Source: Rhizomicrobium sp.
Lineage (GTDB): Bacteria; Pseudomonadota; Alphaproteobacteria; Micropepsales; Micropepsaceae
Length of the DNA stretch: 64,000 nucleotides
Assembly: GCA_036499345.1 (NCBI GenBank)
Contig: DASYDX010000248.1
Span: 8,600 to 72,599 of the forward strand
Direction: 5' to 3'
In this document: positions 58,810-64,000 of the stretch, piece after piece
Numbering within the stretch: the stretch's first letter is position 1
Layout of the letters: the number at the start of each line of letters is the position of its first letter
Translations under genes and position numbers: made by a program
Notes under the pieces: model-generated
What the model was told of the DNA's origin: nothing
Databases searched by the model: none
Seen by the model: the letters and a program-made list of their open reading frames with translations, nothing else

Positions 58810-60461
58810 GACCGCCCCGCGGGCAATTTCCGGCGCGCCTTCGTCGTAGCCCTATAGCAGCGATTGTTCCGCAACGTGGCGAGTTTGCTGCGATCAACGT
58901 CCCAGCCGGCCGCCCGATAAGCATTTACATAAGACCCGAAGCGCTTCTCAATGGTGGCGGTGCTGGGCAAGTGCGGATCGGCCTTGACCAGCGGGACAGA
59001 CAGATAACCGTGCAAGCTAAGAAGCTCCTGCAGGCGCTTGACTATGGCGGCGCGTTCGAAACGAATCTCACGCATGACGCGGGGAAGCGGCTTGACCTGC
59101 TGCACATGCCGTCGCCACGCCTCCTTCATAATATCGCTGTGAGTCTTGGGGGCTGCTCCAACGAAGGCATAGATTGCGGCCCGACCGCCCAGTTTCCTGC
59201 GCAGCCAGTTGGTCGACGGCACGGAGATGTCATCATCGATCAACTTGTAAGACAGGAAACCATGGCGCTGATAAAGGGCTGAAAGAGATTGCCGCAACTG
59301 GTCGCGGGTCCAAGCCCGCTGCGAGCCACTGATGCAATAAGGCTTTTTGTAGCCGATCTGTCGGTAGACTTCCGCCATTGTCCCGAAATTGTCTTTGTAG
59401 GCGGTCGCGGACGCGATGCCGGGCGCATTGTTTATAATCCCGATCGAAAGACGTCCCTTTTCCAGAAGAAGCTGGCGCAAATCAGACAGCAGCTTTTCCT
59501 GGGGTATCTTTGTCGACTGGCGCAACGCGCGGCAGACCTGCGCCTTCGCAAAAAGCTCTTCGGAAATGAGCGGTGGAAGAATGTCCGGCACCCGCACCCA
59601 CAGGCGTTCGGGATTCTTGCGTTGTGGTCCCTGCAACTTGGCGCTCACCTTGTTGTAAGCGTAGCGGCCGACGCAAAGCTCGCTAGCCATCACCCGCGAC
59701 ACCATCGCTGCCGTCCAAGGCCGATTACCCGTCGCCAGGATCCCCGCTTCGCGGAAACTGGCAGCGATCTGCTTGAAACTGTATGCGCCATGCACATACA
59801 GCTCGAATATTGACCGGATGACCTCTTGTTCTGCTGGCGTTCCAAGGACAAAGCGGACACGATCCGACCGGATGGCCTTGCGCTGTCCCGGTCCGAGCAG
59901 AAATCTCGGATTTCCGTGCTGGTCCTGAAGCATCCGGTGAAAGCCATAGACCGTGCTGCCACCCATTTTGTGACCCAGTCGCGCTTGCTGAAGCTTGGCG
60001 CGCGTGACTTTCTCGGAGATCTCACGGCTATATTCGTGTGCCATAACACGTTTGAGATTTTTCAGGATCGACGCCATAGGTGACAGGTCGTTCTCGAAAG
60101 GCTCAGCACAATAGTGAACGGCCACACCTGCGTCGCGGCAGAGAAATTCATAATGCGCCGCCTGATCGGGATTTTGAAACCGACCCCACCGGCTGACGTC
60201 GCGCACCAGAATTGCCTGAAACTGGCGGCCGGGATTGAGCGCGTCCGATAACAGTTTCTTGAGCGCGTCTCGTCCGCGCAGACTGAGGCCACTTTTTCCC
60301 GCATCGATATAGCTGTCGATGATTTGGTAGCCGCGTTGGGCCGCATATTCCGCATTGGTCTGGATCTGACTTTCAATTGAGTAATTTTGGTTGTCCATCG
60401 ACATGCGGATGTACTGGACGGCAGGCACCACGGTGGCGGTGACTGGCATAATGGCTTTCAC
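58806..60461 (-). CDS. Large serine recombinase with three C-terminal helical repeats (copy 1)
   Basis: YIRMSM, DAGKSG, DVSRWGRFQ, MAHEYSREIS; stop overlaps the ATG of copy 2. Confidence 0.9.
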   Translation of the reverse strand: MKAIMPVTATVVPAVQYIRMSMDNQNYSIESQIQTNAEYAAQRGYQIIDSYIDAGKSGLSLRGRDALKKLLSDALNPGRQFQAILVRDVSRWGRFQNPDQAAHYEFLCRDAGVAVHYCAEPFENDLSPMASILKNLKRVMAHEYSREISEKVTRAKLQQARLGHKMGGSTVYGFHRMLQDQHGNPRFLLGPGQRKAIRSDRVRFVLGTPAEQEVIRSIFELYVHGAYSFKQIAASFREAGILATGNRPWTAAMVSRVMASELCVGRYAYNKVSAKLQGPQRKNPERLWVRVPDILPPLISEELFAKAQVCRALRQSTKIPQEKLLSDLRQLLLEKGRLSIGIINNAPGIASATAYKDNFGTMAEVYRQIGYKKPYCISGSQRAWTRDQLRQSLSALYQRHGFLSYKLIDDDISVPSTNWLRRKLGGRAAIYAFVGAAPKTHSDIMKEAWRRHVQQVKPLPRVMREIRFERAAIVKRLQELLSLHGYLSVPLVKADPHLPSTATIEKRFGSYVNAYRAAGWDVDRSKLATLRNNRCYRATTKARRKLPAGRS

Positions 60462-60653
60462 GGTGTTCGGGCCTTTCTAGTGTCACACGGGCTCATGGAA
60501 TGCCCGCCAACGAGAGCGTAGCGGGCCCGTTCGCAATGGTTTTTGGCCAAGCGTGTATTCCCTAGACTAAGGCGCACACCGAATATGAAAAGCACCACGG
60601 TCGCGCGTGGGAACTCGCGCCTTTGATTTCTTCATAAGATCGCCGTCGCCGCT

Positions 60654-61463
60654 CTATGCGCTGAGCAGAAGTTGCCGGGTTAAGGCTTTGGTCACCTGCC
60701 AAAAGATCGTGGAGTCGTTTAATCCCAGCGTTACACCATATCGAAGCTCTTTGGCCGGATGGACGAAATTCCGGTATTCCTTGAGCTTGTCGGCAACATC
60801 TCTCGCCGACTCTGTGATCCAGCGAAGCTCAAAGCCTACTTTGATATATGAGTCCAGCATCCAATCTTGATAGTTGGTGGTCTTTCCAGTTGCTTTGTCC
60901 TTCGGAGCATTCGCAGCCGAGGTCAGAGGTGTCTTGTCAGGCATCTTATTGGCGCGGGCGACAAAAAGCGCTTCAAGTAGCCCGCCCATCATGACAATTG
61001 CAGCGAGGTGCGCATCAACCTCGACGCACTTCGCGCATTCGGTCCAACGCCTGGTTAAAATATCGCGCATCTCTTGGTTCCCAGCCAAGGGAGAGAAGTC
61101 AGGTGCGACATCGTCGGTGTCTGCAACACGGGCTGCAGGTGGCGCGGTCAAGGCGGCGGAACGCACAGCGATCAAGGCCATCTTTGCGCTTTTCAGGGCG
61201 ACTACATACGTTCCCTTTGCCGCGTGCTTCGCCGTTGCATCCAAGATGGTTTTGAAGGGCTCGTCTATTGAGCTGAGATCGACCAGCGGGGCAGAGTTGA
61301 CGATCAACGGCCTATTGGTATGAAACCAGGTGTGTGCCGTCGCCTTAAGAGTGGCGATTTCGTCCACCCCTCGCACTTGGTTCGTTTTTATCTTTGCAAC
61401 GCGCCGCAATGCGGCATCCGTTTCGCCGATAGCCGCATCAATCGTTTCATGGACATTCGGCAT
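60654..61463 (-). CDS. Hypothetical protein with C-terminal HEPN/DUF4145-like domain
   Basis: ECAKC...LAAIVMMGGLLEALF and LKEYRNFVHP motifs. Confidence 0.7.
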   Translation of the reverse strand: MPNVHETIDAAIGETDAALRRVAKIKTNQVRGVDEIATLKATAHTWFHTNRPLIVNSAPLVDLSSIDEPFKTILDATAKHAAKGTYVVALKSAKMALIAVRSAALTAPPAARVADTDDVAPDFSPLAGNQEMRDILTRRWTECAKCVEVDAHLAAIVMMGGLLEALFVARANKMPDKTPLTSAANAPKDKATGKTTNYQDWMLDSYIKVGFELRWITESARDVADKLKEYRNFVHPAKELRYGVTLGLNDSTIFWQVTKALTRQLLLSA

Positions 61464-61496
61464 GATACCGCGCCTGTCGTTGCCGGCCGTCCCACA

Positions 61497-62081
61497 CTAC
61501 CGTTTTTTTGATTTGCGCTTTGCAGCCTTTTTCGCGGGCTTCCTACCCTTGGTGGCTTTGCTGCCCGCTGCCTGCTCGCTGCCCGGCAAAGTGATCGCGA
61601 CTAGATTTTCACCGACAGCGCTGAGCTTAAAGTTTCCACTTCCAACCGCGTCGAGGTAACCCGCATTTTTTGCGTTCGTCAGCGTCATGCTCCAGCGTGT
61701 AACTTGCGGCCAATTTGCTAGGCGCGCTGCCTCTTTCATTATTTCAGCATTGATTGTTTCGGTCCTGGCCTCCGGCTTCGCTTCGAATTGATAGAAGTAC
61801 GCTACCACAGCGGTAAATTGCCGATCGCTCTTGGGAGCTTTCATGGCGGTAAACGAGCGAATGTCCGTTGAATGATCTGGATTGCCTTCCCGTGACACCA
61901 CTGGCGGTGAATGCGCAGGTGCGGCTGGCGATGTGGGCGTCGTCGGCAGCTTCAGGCCGAGCGTCTCAATTGCGAATTTTATCGCAAGAGACTGATGGTC
62001 CGGCGTCATGCCAGCTAATTCGGTGACAATTTTTTGAGCCGCGTCCAAAGGGCTCTTTTCACTGTTCGCTGGTGACGACAT
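61497..62081 (-). CDS. Hypothetical protein: short helical N-domain, Pro-rich linker, winged-helix-like domain, basic tail
   Basis: TLTNAKNAGYLDAVGSGNFKLSAVGENLV helix-wing pattern; RBS GAGG; Lys/Arg tail. Confidence 0.7.
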   Translation of the reverse strand: MSSPANSEKSPLDAAQKIVTELAGMTPDHQSLAIKFAIETLGLKLPTTPTSPAAPAHSPPVVSREGNPDHSTDIRSFTAMKAPKSDRQFTAVVAYFYQFEAKPEARTETINAEIMKEAARLANWPQVTRWSMTLTNAKNAGYLDAVGSGNFKLSAVGENLVAITLPGSEQAAGSKATKGRKPAKKAAKRKSKKR

Positions 62082-62282
62082 GTGACCTCACGTTAAACAG
62101 ATTTCGGATATAAAATTTTTGGCTATGGCATGAGCGATTCTATACAATCACTGGTAGTATAGCCCCTATGTTGCCGGTCGGCTATTGCAAGCCAAAACCA
62201 ATCACCGTCCGTGCCGCCGCTTAGATGGTTTGGGCTCCGCCAATTGGGCCTAGGAATGCGTGAATTCGCCATAGCATAAGCC

Positions 62283-62645
62283 TCAACTTGAGCTTGAGAC
62301 AGACCGGTGTGCAATGTGGGAGACGTAGCGAATTACGAAGGCTGCACAAGCCTCCACTTTGTCGCCGAAATGCAAGCACACACCGTCAGAAAAGCTCTGA
62401 ACCCGGTAGTCGTCCTCCGCGCCTTCGACGCCCCAGCCACCGGAAATCCGTTGATCGCTGCCCCGCGCAAACCAAAGGTCGATGAGCTGGGGATCAGCGC
62501 GCAGCACCTGGGCGATCTGGGATTCGGAGATTTCCCGTAACGCATCCGGATGGGCGACATCGCGCAGGAGCCGGGCCGTGGATTTCTCGCTTTGCGCATA
62601 GGTGGCCGGCAACATGCCTACCTGCTTCGCCAGTTCAGAACTCAT
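62283..62645 (-). CDS. Hypothetical protein
   Basis: 120-aa ORF with globular composition (LIDLWFARGSDQRISGGW); no family recognised. Confidence 0.55.
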   Translation of the reverse strand: MSSELAKQVGMLPATYAQSEKSTARLLRDVAHPDALREISESQIAQVLRADPQLIDLWFARGSDQRISGGWGVEGAEDDYRVQSFSDGVCLHFGDKVEACAAFVIRYVSHIAHRSVSSSS

Positions 62646-62769
62646 GGGATATTCGCCACTGTGTTGGGCCGAAGCCGGGTCGCTGAAACAAACCGGGCAC
62701 CGCCAGGCTCAATACGCAACACGCCCGGCGACAGGGCGGTTCCTACCAACCAACTGTCGCAAAACTGTC

Positions 62770-62979
62770 TTACTCTGGCAACCCAGTGGCCGTTTGTGCT
62801 TGGCCCTTGATTGCGAACTGCGCGGCCCGGACAGCCTCGTCCCGCCCGCCCTCGATTTCCCCGACTTCCGGCTTCAGCCCCAATATACAGGCCGGCGACG
62901 ATACCCGCCAGCGCCAGCGGCGTTCACCGGCTGGCTCGACCGAATATTGGATTCCCCGATACTCCAACGTCCCGCTCAT
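62770..62979 (-). CDS. Small hypothetical protein (69 aa)
   Basis: RBS GGAG before ATG 62979; YRGIQYSV...WRWRV...AVRAAQFAI. Confidence 0.55.
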   Translation of the reverse strand: MSGTLEYRGIQYSVEPAGERRWRWRVSSPACILGLKPEVGEIEGGRDEAVRAAQFAIKGQAQTATGLPE

Positions 62980-63180
62980 GTCGGCTCCATCCCCATGTCG
63001 CCTCCGATTACATGATCGTAATCCCATCTGCTTGCGCGTGCCAAATCCTTCCACAGGCACGCGCCGATGATTCATCGCCCTGTCGCAATTATCTCCTATT
63101 CCCCGCCCCGCAAGCGCGCCTCCCGCGCTTTGTGCTTCCCCTGAACTTGGCCGCGCATCACATATGATTGCGCGGCTTAT

Positions 63181-63252
63181 TTTTTCTCAAGGGTTAGCGG
63201 GAATTAGGAAAGTCGACACAAAACCTGCGTCGAACATCCCTACATAGCCCGC
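63181..63252 (+). repeat. Conserved upstream element, copy 2
   Basis: Gapless 56/72 match to 55296-55367. Confidence 0.8.
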
Positions 63253-63272
63253 AATACAATCTGTGATCCGTC

Positions 63273-63464
63273 ATGAACGAATATGAAATCCGCATCGTCC
63301 GCGCGAGCGACAAGAGCCAGCTCGTGATTACCGCCAAGCTACTCGGCGATCACGCTGCCGTGCGCCGCGCCCAGATGCTCGCCGGCGAAATGGACCTGCT
63401 GGAAGTATGGCGTGGCATGACCTGCGTGTATTCCACGGTTCCGGACGCCATTCGCGTCCACTAG
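63273..63464 (+). CDS. 63-aa hypothetical protein, copy 2
   Basis: Paralogue of 55388-55579. Confidence 0.8.
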   Translation: MNEYEIRIVRASDKSQLVITAKLLGDHAAVRRAQMLAGEMDLLEVWRGMTCVYSTVPDAIRVH

Positions 63465-63585
63465 GGTTGCACGCACATCGCAGTCACACATGCCGATGCC
63501 GGCCAAGGAACGGGTTGTATGAGCGGCGTCGTTGTCGTCACGGCCTCGGGTTGCATTCGGGTAGCTCACCAAGCCGCCAGGAGGC

Positions 63586-63996
63586 CTATTTCTTCTTCTT
63601 CATCGCCGCCGTGACATACGGTTTCTTGGCGGCCTGCGCCATCCACGACAGCACCTGCTTTTTGTCGAGTTCGTCCATGGCGCTCAACTCGATGCCGCGG
63701 GTGGCCTTGCCCATTCTGATCGGTGTCACGGGCGGTTCTGGTTGCAGTTCGTTACCGCGGATGAACATCAGCTTCAGATGACCGACGAAGGCGCCGGAAG
63801 AGAAGCACCACCCTTCAGGAACGCCATAGTAAGCCATTCCCCATTTCACCGCGCGTTTGAGGTCCGGCAGCGCCTTGGCGGCCAAGGCATCGATATGTTT
63901 GGCGATGCTCTTCTGCGGTTCGGGAAGGCTCTCGATATAGACAAATACCGGCTTGTCGCCTTCGGCCGCTTTCGCGGGACTCGCCTTGCCGGTCAT
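63586..63996 (-). CDS. DUF1801 (YdhG-like) family protein
   Basis: YIESLPEPQK, AVKWGMAYY, HLKLMFIRG. Confidence 0.8.
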   Translation of the reverse strand: MTGKASPAKAAEGDKPVFVYIESLPEPQKSIAKHIDALAAKALPDLKRAVKWGMAYYGVPEGWCFSSGAFVGHLKLMFIRGNELQPEPPVTPIRMGKATRGIELSAMDELDKKQVLSWMAQAAKKPYVTAAMKKKK

Positions 63997-64000
63997 CGCG

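Larger units (their letters stand above)
55928..64000. mobile_element. Putative dusA-associated genomic island; left junction seen, right end not seen in window
   Basis: att-like core GCACCGATGATGGACTGGAC at 55928-55947, arm-like repeats, AT-richer cargo, recombinases and defence-like genes. Confidence 0.6.

Noticed and set aside
63200-63250. c-di-GMP-I riboswitch (GAAA...GACACAAAAC resembles GACGCAAA)
   Set aside because: No stem closes the GAAA, there is no GGCAAAC, and the other copy lacks the pairing.
55296-63464. The duplicated 63-aa gene regions as attL/attR or target-site duplication of the recombinase block
   Set aside because: Only about 78% identical with synonymous-biased divergence, which fits old paralogues rather than a recombination scar.
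1-64000. CRISPR array, tRNA/rRNA genes, IS transposases
   Set aside because: No regularly spaced repeats, cloverleaf signatures or transposase motifs were found by eye.

Overview
This is a GC-rich alphaproteobacterial chromosome segment (Rhizomicrobium/Micropepsales- or Caulobacterales-like, inferred from gene content). It has five blocks. (1) 1-18.7 kb: a near-complete hopanoid cluster (hpnN partial, hpnM, ispA, ispH, hpnH, hpnG, shc, hpnEDCBA, hpnL, hpnK, hpnJ, hpnI), with two tandem di-iron ferritin-like genes inside the side-chain operon. (2) 18.9-33.1 kb: a carrier-protein biosynthetic locus of unknown product (MetA/MetY homologues, two acyl-CoA/AMP ligases, two carrier proteins, an atypical acyl-CoA dehydrogenase, a SerRS-like amino acid:[carrier protein] ligase, SDR, GNAT-like protein, TPP enzyme, aminotransferase, polysaccharide deacetylase). 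(3) 33-50.5 kb: dusB, an AcrAB-type pump with a duplicated GTAAA-box operator, an ECF29-like sigma cassette with its promoter, an MFS, a TPR-methyltransferase and a TonB-dependent receptor. (4) 51-55.6 kb: an orphan pstS, ompH/skp and hypothetical genes. (5) From about 55.9 kb: a 5' fragment of dusA (MQENQRYTFSVAPMMDWT, absent from the ORF track) followed by arm-like repeats, marking the junction of a probable dusA-integrated island. Its cargo is a DUF6338-like membrane protein plus coupled peptide, two tandem serine recombinases each with three C-terminal helical repeats, and a winged-helix + HEPN-like pair (candidate defence/TA system). A 63-aa gene with a conserved ~72-bp upstream element occurs on both sides of the junction. 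No tRNA, rRNA or CRISPR array was seen. All family assignments come from motif recognition by eye, not database searches.
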